DNA of 64,000 nt from an uncultured Trueperaceae bacterium (GTDB lineage Bacteria > Deinococcota > Deinococci > Deinococcales > Trueperaceae), in contig CAWCXJ010000013.1 in the NCBI GenBank assembly GCA_963799485.1, forward strand, positions 421,832 through 485,831. Reading direction: 5' to 3'. Below are positions 41,907-54,956 of this stretch, in pieces. Position 1 is the first letter of the stretch; every line of letters begins with the position of its first letter. The translations under genes and the position numbers were made by a program. The notes under the pieces were generated by a model that worked only from the letters and a program-made list of their open reading frames with translations, was not told the DNA's origin and searched no databases.

Positions 41907-42173
41907 TTAGAGGCCGTTTGCCGTAAGCACCTCGAGGACATTCCTAGCAGCGCGGGTGACCCCCGGACGCGACGCTTCAAAGCGCTCGATGGCCGCCTCG
42001 AGGCGTGTCCGGTAGCCTGGGTTCTCAGCGAGCGCCGCGTGTGGGTCGGGGTGCTCTAACGTCTTTTGAGTGTCTTCTTGCAAGACGGTCAAGGTCTCGT
42101 GCGCCTCGTGAGAGTTAGCTTCGTAGAGTTCGGTGTGGAGGTGCTCGAGGGGGCCTTTCAGAGGTTTGCTCAT
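41907..42173 (-). CDS. DUF4404-like small protein
   Basis: LHTEL..AIERFEASRP..LTANGL pattern; AAGGAG SD. Confidence 0.75.
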   Translation of the reverse strand: MSKPLKGPLEHLHTELYEANSHEAHETLTVLQEDTQKTLEHPDPHAALAENPGYRTRLEAAIERFEASRPGVTRAARNVLEVLTANGL

Positions 42174-42266
42174 CGTAAAACTCCTTTTCTACTCCGGTAG
42201 AAACGAACTAGCGGGAACATCACAAATTTCTCACAAAACTTAGTCAAAAACCGCAAAAGAGAAAAG

Positions 42267-42989
42267 CTAAAAGTTAGGCTGAAACCTTCTCTTCTCTGGA
42301 GCTGTCCAACAATAGCGTAAAAGCCTTTTGCTGCCGTAAAAGGTCGGCTCTAGCATTTTACTTTTGACATATTCAGATAACTCGATTTTGTGCGAAGCGG
42401 TCGCGGTTGATGTGAGGGCACCAAGAAGAACATCGACAAGTTGGATGAGATTATTGCTTGAATCCACTGTTTGAAACGAAGTCACCTTTTTTTGTCTTCC
42501 GTTCCTGACTGCTGGCAAGTTCAAGCAATAGTGTAGCGAGTTGAATTTGTACCGCTTGCTAGAGGAGTCGTCGAGAAAAATAGCATATCTGGTGTAAGGT
42601 TTCATCACCTGTTCGATGAAGTGGAAATAAGCTTGCAAGAACTGACTGTCGGGTGATGATGCTAATTTACGCCAATGATACCCTTTAGATATTTCAGATA
42701 AGAGAAATGTTGCTGCTTTGTCACTCAAAAAAATATCTACGAAATCTTTGTACTGAGCGAGCAATTTTCGAGAAACCTTAGTCCATTTCAGCTCTTGATT
42801 CATCCCCGTTTCCATCCTATAGCGTTCAATCTGGCTGTCCAAAATGTTGGCTCGAGCCCGTGAGCAATGTATGGCACCGAAGAAGAAGTTACTCTTTTCA
42901 GTGCCAGATTCGTCACAGTAAAGGTCATAGTAAGAGTCTGCCACAAATAGATGTTGACCGATGGTTTGGGCAAAGTGACTTAACTGCAA
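42267..42989 (-). CDS. DUF3800-family protein (predicted RNase H-like fold)
   Basis: YCDESG, ELKWTKVS, IFLD, DS..LIQLVDVLLGA; visibly more AT-rich than its flanks. Confidence 0.8.
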   Translation of the reverse strand: MQLSHFAQTIGQHLFVADSYYDLYCDESGTEKSNFFFGAIHCSRARANILDSQIERYRMETGMNQELKWTKVSRKLLAQYKDFVDIFLSDKAATFLLSEISKGYHWRKLASSPDSQFLQAYFHFIEQVMKPYTRYAIFLDDSSSKRYKFNSLHYCLNLPAVRNGRQKKVTSFQTVDSSNNLIQLVDVLLGALTSTATASHKIELSEYVKSKMLEPTFYGSKRLLRYCWTAPEKRRFQPNF

Positions 42990-43009
42990 TCAATCAAGTA
43001 TTTCGACCC

Positions 43010-44206
43010 CTAGCCTCCAATTTGCTCGAGTACCCCGGCAAGCCGCCGCACCACCTCGTCCACCTCGTCTTCGGTAATAATCAAGGGTGGCACAAAACGA
43101 ATTACGGTTGCCCCGGCGTTGATGGTCAAAACACCGGCGTCCCGAAGTGCCGCGACAATCGGCGCAACTTTGCCCTTGAACTCGACGCCGATCATCAGGC
43201 CCAAACCGCGCACCGTGCGAATTTGCGGCGCGTTTAGAGCGCGGAGCTGCTCCTGAAAATACGTTCCGACTTCTGCCGCGTTTTGGATGAGGTCTCGAGC
43301 CTCGAACTCTTCTAGCACGGCGATTCCAGCCGCCGACGCCAGCGCGTTCCCGCCAAAGGTCGTGCCGTGACCACCGGGAGGCATTTTTACGGCGACTTCG
43401 TCGGTCATGAGGAGCGCGCCGATAGGGACGCCGCCGCCCAAACCTTTGGCGAGCGTGACCATATCGGGTTTGACGTTGTAATGTTCAGAGGCCAGAAACT
43501 TGCCGGTACGTCCGACACCCGACTGCACCTCGTCCATAATCAGCAGTGCGCCGCGCTCATGGGTCAGCGCTCTCGCAGCTTCTAAAAATTCCGGGTCAGC
43601 TTTGTACATCCCGCCTTCACCCTGAACGGGCTCGAGAAACACCGCCGCCGTCTTCTCAGAAATGGCTGCGTCCAACTCGTCTATCTTGTTGAACCCGACA
43701 AAACTCGTGTCATACGGTAGCGGCTCGAACGGTTCGCGGTACTTGGCCTCCCAGGTCAGCCCCAAAACGCCCAACGTCCGGCCCGAAAACCCGCGTTTGG
43801 CAGCGACGAAGCCGCCTCTGCCGGTTGCGACCCTTGCCCATTTCAAAGCCGCCTCGTTGACCTCCGAACCTGAGTTAGCCATAAAGACCCGGTTTAGACC
43901 GAGCGACTCCGGAATGACTGAAAAGAGCTTTTCGTAAAACCTGACGCGCGTGTCGTTGCCCTGCGCCTGCGAGCAAATGATGAGCTTTTCGGCCTGTTCC
44001 GCTATCGCCTTGGCAAGCCGTTTGTTGCCGTGCCCGATGCTCGCGACGGCGATACCTGCCATACAGTCCAGATATTCCTTACCTTCAGCGTCGTAGATTT
44101 TTACGCCGTCACCGTGGGTTAGGACGATGTCCGGGTGCCATAAACCGCTATTGTGCTCGGCGTCTTGCTCGAGCAGTTCGCGGGTTCTCGTTTGAGTTTG
44201 TGACAT
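43010..44206 (-). CDS. lysJ: [LysW]-aminoadipate semialdehyde transaminase
   Basis: Class III aminotransferase (NSGSE, GFSGRT, EPVQGEGG, DEVQSG, AKGLGGG, HGTTFGGN) within the lys operon. Confidence 0.9.
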   Translation of the reverse strand: MSQTQTRTRELLEQDAEHNSGLWHPDIVLTHGDGVKIYDAEGKEYLDCMAGIAVASIGHGNKRLAKAIAEQAEKLIICSQAQGNDTRVRFYEKLFSVIPESLGLNRVFMANSGSEVNEAALKWARVATGRGGFVAAKRGFSGRTLGVLGLTWEAKYREPFEPLPYDTSFVGFNKIDELDAAISEKTAAVFLEPVQGEGGMYKADPEFLEAARALTHERGALLIMDEVQSGVGRTGKFLASEHYNVKPDMVTLAKGLGGGVPIGALLMTDEVAVKMPPGGHGTTFGGNALASAAGIAVLEEFEARDLIQNAAEVGTYFQEQLRALNAPQIRTVRGLGLMIGVEFKGKVAPIVAALRDAGVLTINAGATVIRFVPPLIITEDEVDEVVRRLAGVLEQIGG

Positions 44207-44216
44207 AGTTTCTCCT

Positions 44217-44687
44217 TTAGTTTTCGTAAAGCACGACGTGCTCGAGCGTCTGCGGGAGAGTCTCGAGTCGGTCGCGCAAAAAGTCGGGTTTCAGGTTGGC
44301 TGCTCCTATCTCTGCTGCGTTTACCCATAAAAACTCATCTTCACCATCATTAACCGGTATGAGGCTTGGCTCAGACAAAGCGACTTCGGGCAAAGTGACT
44401 TCATAGTACAGGCAAAGTTCATGCACCTGCCTACCGTACAAGCTGTAAAAGTTCTCAACGAAAAACACGGCACGTTCGACGTTCGCCGCTGTTTGCAACT
44501 CCTCTCGTAGCTCCCGTAAAATAGCGTCCAGAGCAGCTTCCCCGTTTTGTACTCTGCCGCCCGGCAGAAAACAGAAGTCGTCAGGGTTGGAGCGGCACAC
44601 CAGCAGAGCATCTCCCCGCCGGATAATTGCCGCTACGCGGTAGTTAAAGAGGTGTTTACCAATTTTTACGGTAATGTCTTGCGCCAT
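44217..44687 (-). CDS. NUDIX hydrolase
   Basis: LPGGRVQNGE..AILRELREEL Nudix box. Confidence 0.9.
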   Translation of the reverse strand: MAQDITVKIGKHLFNYRVAAIIRRGDALLVCRSNPDDFCFLPGGRVQNGEAALDAILRELREELQTAANVERAVFFVENFYSLYGRQVHELCLYYEVTLPEVALSEPSLIPVNDGEDEFLWVNAAEIGAANLKPDFLRDRLETLPQTLEHVVLYEN

Positions 44688-45490
44688 CAGCGAACGACCG
44701 TACCGCGACCGGCAAGCGCCGCTGAAACGGGTTCTGAAATGCGTGCATCGCCAAAGACAACCCGCGCGACGCCGCCCTGCACCGCCTCGGCTGCACCCAG
44801 AACTTTTTTCTTCATCCGGTCTTGGGCAAACGCCATAAAGCTCTCCACGGCAGCCGCCGGAATCTCTGAAATGAGCGACGCCTCATCGGGAAAGTCGCGC
44901 AGCAGACCGGGAACGTTCGATAAGAGTAAAAGCGCTTCGGCCTGAAAAGCAACCGCTAAAGCTGCCGCTGCCCGGTCGCCGTCTACGTTGATAGCGGTGC
45001 CGTCATAGCTCGAGCCCGGTGGTGTCAAAACGGGCAGATAACCGTTGTCCAAGAGCAGCGTCAGCAGCCCGATGTTGACCCGTTCGACCGTCCCGGTATG
45101 GTCGCCCCGTAAAATCTTGACCTTGCCGTCTTGGGCGCTCCGCACCTTGTCTTTATGTTTGCCCTCAAAGATGCGCCCGTCCAAGCCTGAGAGCCCCACC
45201 GCGTTCACGCCCAGACGCTGAAAGCGCTCGACCAGCCCTTTATTCTGCTTGCCGCAGTAGACCATCTCGAAGATTTCCAGGGTTTTACGGTCGGTAAAGC
45301 GGCTCGAGTACCCCGACGGACTCGTCACGAACTTGGGCGGATGCCCCAGCTGCTCGGCAATCCGGTTGGTTTCGGCGCTGCCCCCGTGAACGACGACGAG
45401 CTTCTCCCCTGTCTTGTGAAGCGCCGCCACATCTTCACAGAGCGCGTCGTAATCGATGCCTAACGAGCCGCCGACTTTGACGACGATCAC
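44687..45490 (-). CDS. lysZ: [LysW]-aminoadipate kinase
   Basis: IVVKVGGS, VHGGS, FVTSPSGYSSRFTD, NVDGDRAA, RMKKKV. Confidence 0.95.
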   Translation of the reverse strand: MIVVKVGGSLGIDYDALCEDVAALHKTGEKLVVVHGGSAETNRIAEQLGHPPKFVTSPSGYSSRFTDRKTLEIFEMVYCGKQNKGLVERFQRLGVNAVGLSGLDGRIFEGKHKDKVRSAQDGKVKILRGDHTGTVERVNIGLLTLLLDNGYLPVLTPPGSSYDGTAINVDGDRAAAALAVAFQAEALLLLSNVPGLLRDFPDEASLISEIPAAAVESFMAFAQDRMKKKVLGAAEAVQGGVARVVFGDARISEPVSAALAGRGTVVR

Positions 45491-45888
45491 GGCAGGAGTT
45501 CCAGATAGCCCAGACCTTTAGGGCGCAACATGTCGAAATGCCGTTTATCCAGGGTCAATACGCGGCGGATACTGTGCTTTTCGGCTAGAGCGACGAGGCT
45601 TGCATCAACGAAGCCTATCTCGGCGTCGGCGTACTGTTCCATAATTTCATACGTGCGCTTGATGTCCTCAGAGTTCAGAGGCAAGAGGGTGAAATCTCCT
45701 TTAGCGACGCTTGCGAAAAAACGCCTCGAGGCGTGAGCGCCGTAGTATTTGGTTGCCAGATAGTCCACCTCGCAGAGAATACTCTGCGCGATCACGAGGT
45801 CGGACACGTAGCGCGTCGCCTGCTGATATTGGGGATCACTGGCGTCAAGCAGAGTGATGATACCGCTGGTATCGGCTAAGATGCTCAA
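45487..45888 (-). CDS. vapC: PIN-domain toxin (VapC)
   Basis: LADTS, EVDY, FVDASLVALAE, LTLDKRHF. Confidence 0.92.
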   Translation of the reverse strand: MSILADTSGIITLLDASDPQYQQATRYVSDLVIAQSILCEVDYLATKYYGAHASRRFFASVAKGDFTLLPLNSEDIKRTYEIMEQYADAEIGFVDASLVALAEKHSIRRVLTLDKRHFDMLRPKGLGYLELLP

Positions 45889-46148
45889 GCAGGCACTTCT
45901 CGCAGGCGCTCGTGCTCTTCAGCAAGACCTTGTTGCAAGAGTTCTTCAGCACGTTCGGCGATGCGTGCGCCGCCACTGTCTCCCATTCCTACCCAATCGG
46001 GAACAGGCCGCGCCTCTTTGAGCGTATTGCCGACATATGTGTCTAGGGCGACGCGAATAAGTTCGGCTTTAGAGCGTCCCTGTTGCCGCGCCAACCGCGA
46101 GAGGTTGAGGTCAGTCTGCTCCTCGAGGTATACCGTCGTTCGTTTCAT
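45885..46148 (-). CDS. Ribbon-helix-helix (CopG) antitoxin
   Basis: MKRTTVYL..LARQQGRSKAELIR; overlaps the PIN gene; palindrome ACATATATGT immediately upstream. Confidence 0.88.
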   Translation of the reverse strand: MKRTTVYLEEQTDLNLSRLARQQGRSKAELIRVALDTYVGNTLKEARPVPDWVGMGDSGGARIAERAEELLQQGLAEEHERLREVPA

Positions 46149-46187
46149 GACATATATGTTAGCATACGCACTTTTCAGCACAGCCCT

Positions 46188-46607
46188 TTACTTTATGGGC
46201 ACCACAGCTACAGCTTTACGGCGCATCAACTTCTCCGGTTCGGCGGGACGAGCAAAACCAAGTTGGGCGTAAAGCTCGTGCGCGTCCTGAGTAAAGAGCG
46301 CCCAGCCACATGTTCGCAACTCCGGTCGGGTCAAAACCGTTTTGATCAACGCTTTACCGAGTGCGTGGCCCCGGTGCGCTTCTAAAATAAATACATCGGC
46401 TAAATAGGCAAACGTCGCGTAATCGGTAATCACCCGCGCGAAGCCGACCTGGGCGTCACCGTCATACATCCCGAAGCAGAGCGAGCCTCTAATGGACGCC
46501 GTGACAGTCGCGAGTGTCCGCCCTTCAGCCCAGTATGAAGTCGTTAAAAAACCGTGGATAAGTGGGATGTCCAGCTTGGACTTGTCCGTGCTGACGGTGT
46601 AGGTCAT
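46188..46607 (-). CDS. GNAT-family N-acetyltransferase
   Basis: SYWA, GFARVITD, AYLADVFI..HRGHALG. Confidence 0.9.
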   Translation of the reverse strand: MTYTVSTDKSKLDIPLIHGFLTTSYWAEGRTLATVTASIRGSLCFGMYDGDAQVGFARVITDYATFAYLADVFILEAHRGHALGKALIKTVLTRPELRTCGWALFTQDAHELYAQLGFARPAEPEKLMRRKAVAVVPIK

Positions 46608-47794
46608 TTAGCTCCTGCTTGCAGAGCGGCCCTGGTTTGACGCGAAAGTCCGGTGGGTAAGACGAGCTTTTCTGCGCCCAAATAGGCCGTAAACCCCTTT
46701 ACGGCGTCGGTGAGCGCACTCAGCAGGTCGGCGTCCGGCGTCACGTCCGGCTCCCAGAACCAGGCGTAAAACTCCCAGACGCCATCCTTTACACGTGAGT
46801 CGAACCGCGCGACAAAACGGTCGCCGTAAAAAACCGGCAGCACGTAGTAGCCCCATTTTCTTGCGGCTGGCGGTTTATAGACTTCCCACACGTAATCGAA
46901 ACCGAAGATGTGCGCCACGGCTTTACGGTCCCACAGCAGTTGGTCGAGCGGGGCGACGAAAACCAGCTGTTGGGGTGATGAGGGGTGCTCGAGCCCCCCC
47001 AGCACTTCCGGCAGGGCGTAAAAGCGCACCCCTTCAACGTCAACCGGAATCAGCTCACCGGTCTGGACAAGCTCTGCAATCACCGCCCGCCGCGCCGCCG
47101 CCGAAACGCCCAAGCTCCAGACTTCGGTGCTGGCGTTCGGCCTCAGCAAACCCACCGCTCGGTGCCGTAAAAGGATGAGCCACTGCAGCATCTCCGGCTC
47201 CGGCATGGGCGCAGCCCCGTAAAACTCCGGCGGGACGATACGCTCAGACAGGTCGTAGATATGATGCCCGTTTTTGCGCCCGGAGGTCATGACTTTGCCG
47301 GTATGCCACAGCGCCCGCAACACATTTTTGGTGAGTTTGGGGCCGTACCACGAGCCTTCCCACTCGGGTTTATGCAGTTGAACACTAAACGCCGTGCTTG
47401 TTAGCGGCCCGCGTTCACGGAGTTCAGCTAAAACGGCGTCGATGGCTTCGGGAAAGGCCCGTAAAATACGCTCATTCCACCAGCTTTGGTGCCAGTCGTG
47501 ATAGATGCGGCGCTGGGGCCAATGTTGCATCAAAACAAGCGAGGCTTGTTTGTCCCAGGCGTCGTAGATAAACCGCTCTGCGTAGGCGAGCCGCTGCCAA
47601 TCGCCGACGCGGTAGCCCGGCACCCGTGCTTGCAAGACCAAATCGTGATTGCGTCCGACCGGGTTGAGCGGGTCGTACTGGACGCTGCCGAGGCGGGTAA
47701 AAACCTCTCTCAAGCTGCCGGGGGTGAAGTGGTAACGGGCCAGCAAGCGGCGTGCGTCCGTTTTACCGAGTTTGATTTTACCGGGACTGAGCAT
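46604..47794 (-). CDS. YcaQ/AlkZ-family (HTH_42) crosslink-repair DNA glycosylase
   Basis: LGSVQYDP (QxD), LQAR, APLDQLLWDR, FDYVWEVYKP..RKWGYYVLP. Confidence 0.85.
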   Translation of the reverse strand: MLSPGKIKLGKTDARRLLARYHFTPGSLREVFTRLGSVQYDPLNPVGRNHDLVLQARVPGYRVGDWQRLAYAERFIYDAWDKQASLVLMQHWPQRRIYHDWHQSWWNERILRAFPEAIDAVLAELRERGPLTSTAFSVQLHKPEWEGSWYGPKLTKNVLRALWHTGKVMTSGRKNGHHIYDLSERIVPPEFYGAAPMPEPEMLQWLILLRHRAVGLLRPNASTEVWSLGVSAAARRAVIAELVQTGELIPVDVEGVRFYALPEVLGGLEHPSSPQQLVFVAPLDQLLWDRKAVAHIFGFDYVWEVYKPPAARKWGYYVLPVFYGDRFVARFDSRVKDGVWEFYAWFWEPDVTPDADLLSALTDAVKGFTAYLGAEKLVLPTGLSRQTRAALQAGAK

Positions 47795-48251
47795 CTTCAG
47801 GGGGTGGGCTCCAGCAGCCTAAAAGCTGCCGTAAAAGGACGATTTTGCCCAGGTGGTAGGCGTTATGGACGGCGAGGGACTCGAGCGCATTCCTCCAGGT
47901 AAAGCCGGGATTGTCGTCGGTTTCTTCGGTCTCGAGCCAAGCCTCATCCCGGGCAAGGTTTACGGCGCGCTCCGAGCAGGCAAGAAACGAAGTAACCAGC
48001 GCTTGCCAAGCCGCTTCATCTTCGGGCGCGGGGCTAGCCGGAAACTGCTCGCCACCCTCAAACCGTTTAGCGGCTGCTTCGTCTTGCTCCAATACAATCC
48101 GCTGCCACTCAGCTGCGTGCCACAGCTCCTCATAGAGGCTGTGCGGCGCTCCGGCGGGGCGTATGCCGGCTTGACCTAAAGTAAGGCCGCCCAAAATATG
48201 CGGGCGCGGCGCAAACTCGCCGGTCAGAAAAAGGTGGTTCCAAACATCCAT
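47778..48251 (-). CDS. DinB-family protein
   Basis: PHSLYEELWH..W, HNAYHLGKI. Confidence 0.85.
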   Translation of the reverse strand: MDVWNHLFLTGEFAPRPHILGGLTLGQAGIRPAGAPHSLYEELWHAAEWQRIVLEQDEAAAKRFEGGEQFPASPAPEDEAAWQALVTSFLACSERAVNLARDEAWLETEETDDNPGFTWRNALESLAVHNAYHLGKIVLLRQLLGCWSPPPEDAQSR

Positions 48252-48300
48252 AGTTTTACCTCTCGAGATGGAGTGTTCAGCTCGAGCGTCGTCCCGGCCG

Positions 48301-49620
<1,320 letters not shown>

Positions 49621-49624
<4 letters not shown>

Positions 49625-50052
49625 TTCTGCCTGACGTCAACGTCCTTGTTTACGCGCATGACCGCTCATTTCCACAACACGCCGCGTACCGGGCGTGGCT
49701 CCAAAACATTTTAGAGAGTAACGCTGCATACGGCCTTAGTGACCTTGTTTTGAGCGGCTTTTTAAGAATTGTTACGCACTCCCGCATCCTCAAAACACCC
49801 CTGTCCAGCACCGAAGCCTTAACTATCGCCCACGACTTACGGCGTCAGCCCAACTGTTTTGTCATCAAACCAAGAGAGCGACACTGGGACATCTTTGTCC
49901 AACTGTGCGACCATGTTAAAGCCACCTCAAACACCGTACCTGATGCTTATTTCGCTGCTCTCGCCATCGAATCCGGCTGCGAATGGCTGACCGCCGACAA
50001 AGGCTTCTCACGCTTTCCCGGCCTGAAATGGCGCGACCCACTTGACAGCTGA
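49621..50052 (+). CDS. vapC: PIN-domain toxin (VapC)
   Basis: ILPDVNVLVYA, GFLRIVT, VPDAYFAALAIE, TADKGFSRFPGL. Confidence 0.93.
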
Positions 50053-50078
50053 GACGATAAACCCTAGTGTGCCCCATC

Positions 50079-50201
50079 ATGCTAGAAGTTTCAATAGACC
50101 TCGGCGGCGTACTTGACTCACTTTCGCTCAGAATTACGCGCTGGGTCGTCGGCCTTCTCACCCTGAGCGTGCTTTTATGGTGGGGCACACAGGCATTGTG
50201 A
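50079..50201 (+). CDS. Possible 40-aa membrane peptide
   Basis: [40 protein letters not shown]; below the ORF-track cutoff. Confidence 0.35.
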   Translation: MLEVSIDLGGVLDSLSLRITRWVVGLLTLSVLLWWGTQAL

Positions 50202-50329
50202 TAGGCGAAGCCGTTTTCTCCATCGTTCAGCTGCTTATAGCAGCCGTACCGCCAAAAAACGCCTACGGCCTCGTCGGTCTGCTTGTCGGGCTTGTTCTAG
50301 GTCTTAGTGCAGGTTCGGTTCTCGGTTAA
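50198..50329 (+). CDS. Possible 43-aa membrane peptide
   Basis: [47 protein letters not shown] overlap with the previous ORF; stop overlaps the lysX stop. Confidence 0.35.
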   Translation: MIGEAVFSIVQLLIAAVPPKNAYGLVGLLVGLVLGLSAGSVLG

Positions 50330-51213
50330 ACTGTTACCGGCACCTGCGACAGCGCGTACTCCACCACCTTCGCCGGAATATCTACCCCCGTCGTAGCGAC
50401 CGAATTGCGAAATTCCATCGTGTGGTTGACTTCAACGACGAGTAAACCGCGTTCACTCTCGAGCACATCCACCGCCACCACGCCGCCCCCGACCGCCTGC
50501 GCCGCTCTCTGTGCGGTCTCGGCGAGTTCGCCGTAAAGCGGGCAGTTGGTCGCCACTGCGCCCCGCGCCGTATTCGTGACCCAATGCTCCGAGGTGCGGT
50601 AGATCGCGGCGACAACCTCTCCCCCGACGACGAACGCGCGGATATCACGACCGGGTTTGCGGACGAACTCTTGCAGGTAAAAGACCTTATGCTGTGGGCC
50701 GCCCAACGTTTCTTTGTGTTCAAGGACGGCCTCGAGCGCGTCCTGGTCGCTGAGCTTCGACACCATCCGGCCCCACGACCCGACGGTAGGTTTAAGCACG
50801 ACCGGATAGCCGAAGCGTTCGGCGAGGTTTACGGCGGACTCGGTATCAAAAGCAACGCCGGTACGCGGCGTTGGCACGCCTGCGCGGGCAAGGGCCGCGT
50901 TCGTCGCCAGTTTGTCGCCGCAAACCTCGATGACTCCGGGCGTGTTGAGAACCCTCGTCCCAAGTGCCGTAAAAATACGTGAGACAGCTAAACCGCGTGT
51001 TTGGGAGACGCAGCGCTCGAGGATCACGTCGTACTGCGGCAGGTCGGACAGGGCGCTAAAGTCGCACACAAGCTGCGGCGCGTAAAGTTTGTCGAAGGCA
51101 ACCCCTTGCCGCTCGAAGGCGTCAAAGAGCATCTTTTCTTCCGGGCGCAGGCGGTCGTAAACGACGGCGATACGAGGTGCAGCGGCGGCTGGGCGTTCTA
51201 AAGTCTGAGTCAT
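50326..51213 (-). CDS. lysX: Alpha-aminoadipate--LysW ligase
   Basis: [49 protein letters not shown]. Confidence 0.96.
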   Translation of the reverse strand: MTQTLERPAAAAPRIAVVYDRLRPEEKMLFDAFERQGVAFDKLYAPQLVCDFSALSDLPQYDVILERCVSQTRGLAVSRIFTALGTRVLNTPGVIEVCGDKLATNAALARAGVPTPRTGVAFDTESAVNLAERFGYPVVLKPTVGSWGRMVSKLSDQDALEAVLEHKETLGGPQHKVFYLQEFVRKPGRDIRAFVVGGEVVAAIYRTSEHWVTNTARGAVATNCPLYGELAETAQRAAQAVGGGVVAVDVLESERGLLVVEVNHTMEFRNSVATTGVDIPAKVVEYALSQVPVTV

Positions 51214-51225
51214 AATATCTCTAGG

Positions 51226-51290
51226 AATGAGTAGCGAGCAATGAGCAACGAGTTAAACCCCTCATTGCTCATTGCTTTTAACTCATTGCT
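51226..51290. repeat. Heptamer tandem repeats in inverted arrangement (STRR-like)
   Basis: AATGAGT AGCGAGC AATGAGC AACGAGT, then CTCATTG CTCATTG .. CTCATTG. Confidence 0.75.
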
Positions 51291-51293
51291 GCC

Positions 51294-51461
51294 CTATTCC
51301 CCCCAGTCCTCGTCTTCTTCGGGGGCGGGCTCGAGCCTCAGCGGGTCGAGGCCGACGACTTCTAGTTCGGTGCCGTCGTCCGAGACGAGGAGTTCGCCGA
51401 GTTCGACGGTTGCGGTGTCAACTTCAACGGTGCCGTAGGGGGTTTCGATAGTCTCTAGCAT
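51294..51461 (-). CDS. lysW: Amino-group carrier protein LysW (55 aa, no cysteines)
   Basis: [55 protein letters not shown] with the diagnostic EDWGE C-terminus; GAGG SD; absent from the ORF track. Confidence 0.96.
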   Translation of the reverse strand: MLETIETPYGTVEVDTATVELGELLVSDDGTELEVVGLDPLRLEPAPEEDEDWGE

Positions 51462-51520
51462 GGTTTCCTCTCAAAAAGAAATAAAGGGTAGAAGGTTTTA
51501 CGGTGTCTCGGCGCTTCCGG

Positions 51521-52017
51521 TCAGGCTTGCTCACCGGGAAAGCGCCCGTGTTTTCGGTAGTAGGCCAGAACCGAGCCTTCTCTAAGCGCTTCTTGGAGAA
51601 AGGCGGGAGGGGGCTCGAGCCTAAACACCTCAGCACCTCTTTTTACGGTTCCGGCAGCGAGGTCGAACGAAACTTCGTCGCCATCTTGCAAAGCGTCCGG
51701 CACCGTGTCCGACGTAAACGCCGGAATCCCCAGATTGAGCAGGTTGCGGTAGTGGATACGGGCAAACGACCGGGCAATCACTGCGCCGATACCTAGAGTT
51801 TTCAACGCTTGCGGCGCATATTCACGTGATGAACCGAGGCCCCAGTTGCGCCCGCCGACGAGCAGGTCGCCGGGGCGGACATGTTCAGCAAACTCAGGCC
51901 GTAAATGGGCGAAAGCGTAGTGGTGAAACACGTCCTCACCGACCATAAAGGGCGCGTACTTACCGGGCAAGATGTCGTCGGTGTTGAGGCTGTCGCCGAA
52001 CGTCCACACGCGGGCCA

Positions 52018-52018
<1 letters not shown>
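51521..52018 (-). CDS. lysU: Homoaconitase small subunit
   Basis: NTDDILPGKY, NWGLGSSREYAP, SFARIHYRNLLNLG. Confidence 0.92.
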
Positions 52019-54509
<2,491 letters not shown>

Positions 54510-54511
54510 CT

Positions 54512-54541
54512 ATCGTAGGCCCTGGGGAAACCCTTTGTCAA
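54512..54541 (-). promoter_or_regulatory. Probable lys operon promoter
   Basis: Minus-strand TTGACA-18 nt-TACGAT. Confidence 0.65.
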
Positions 54542-54660
54542 ATCGATTTATGCCGTTCTGGACGTGTTTTTCTTGGTTTTATTAGGCTTTAGTCCCGAGC
54601 TGCAAAGCACTCAAAAGTAGCAAAAACCGTGACGTTGTTTTAGTAGTTACCAAGTGACTT

Positions 54661-54688
54661 TCACCAACGAAACGTAAGTCGTTGGTGA
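54661..54688. other. Perfect 10-bp inverted repeat (terminator or operator)
   Basis: TCACCAACGA-8 nt-TCGTTGGTGA, between the regulator gene and the lys promoter. Confidence 0.5.
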
Positions 54689-54956
54689 GTCGCTGTTTCC
54701 TTGTGAGATTGGGGTCGGTCAACACACTGTCTCAGCAGCAAGCTTGAACGCGTCATCAGCCTAGGGCGTATAAGAGATGTATCTGGGTTCTGCAACCTTC
54801 ATGCGCCGGTCTCGACTACGCCGTTTAGCACACTTAAATCGCTGCGGGGTAACGACCACGAAAACCTCGAGCGTTCAGGAAAGCGACAAAACCCATTCGC
54901 GCCCCGCATCACACGCTCGAAGCCGGAAACTCAGCCAAGCCTTTTGAGCGCCGGAC

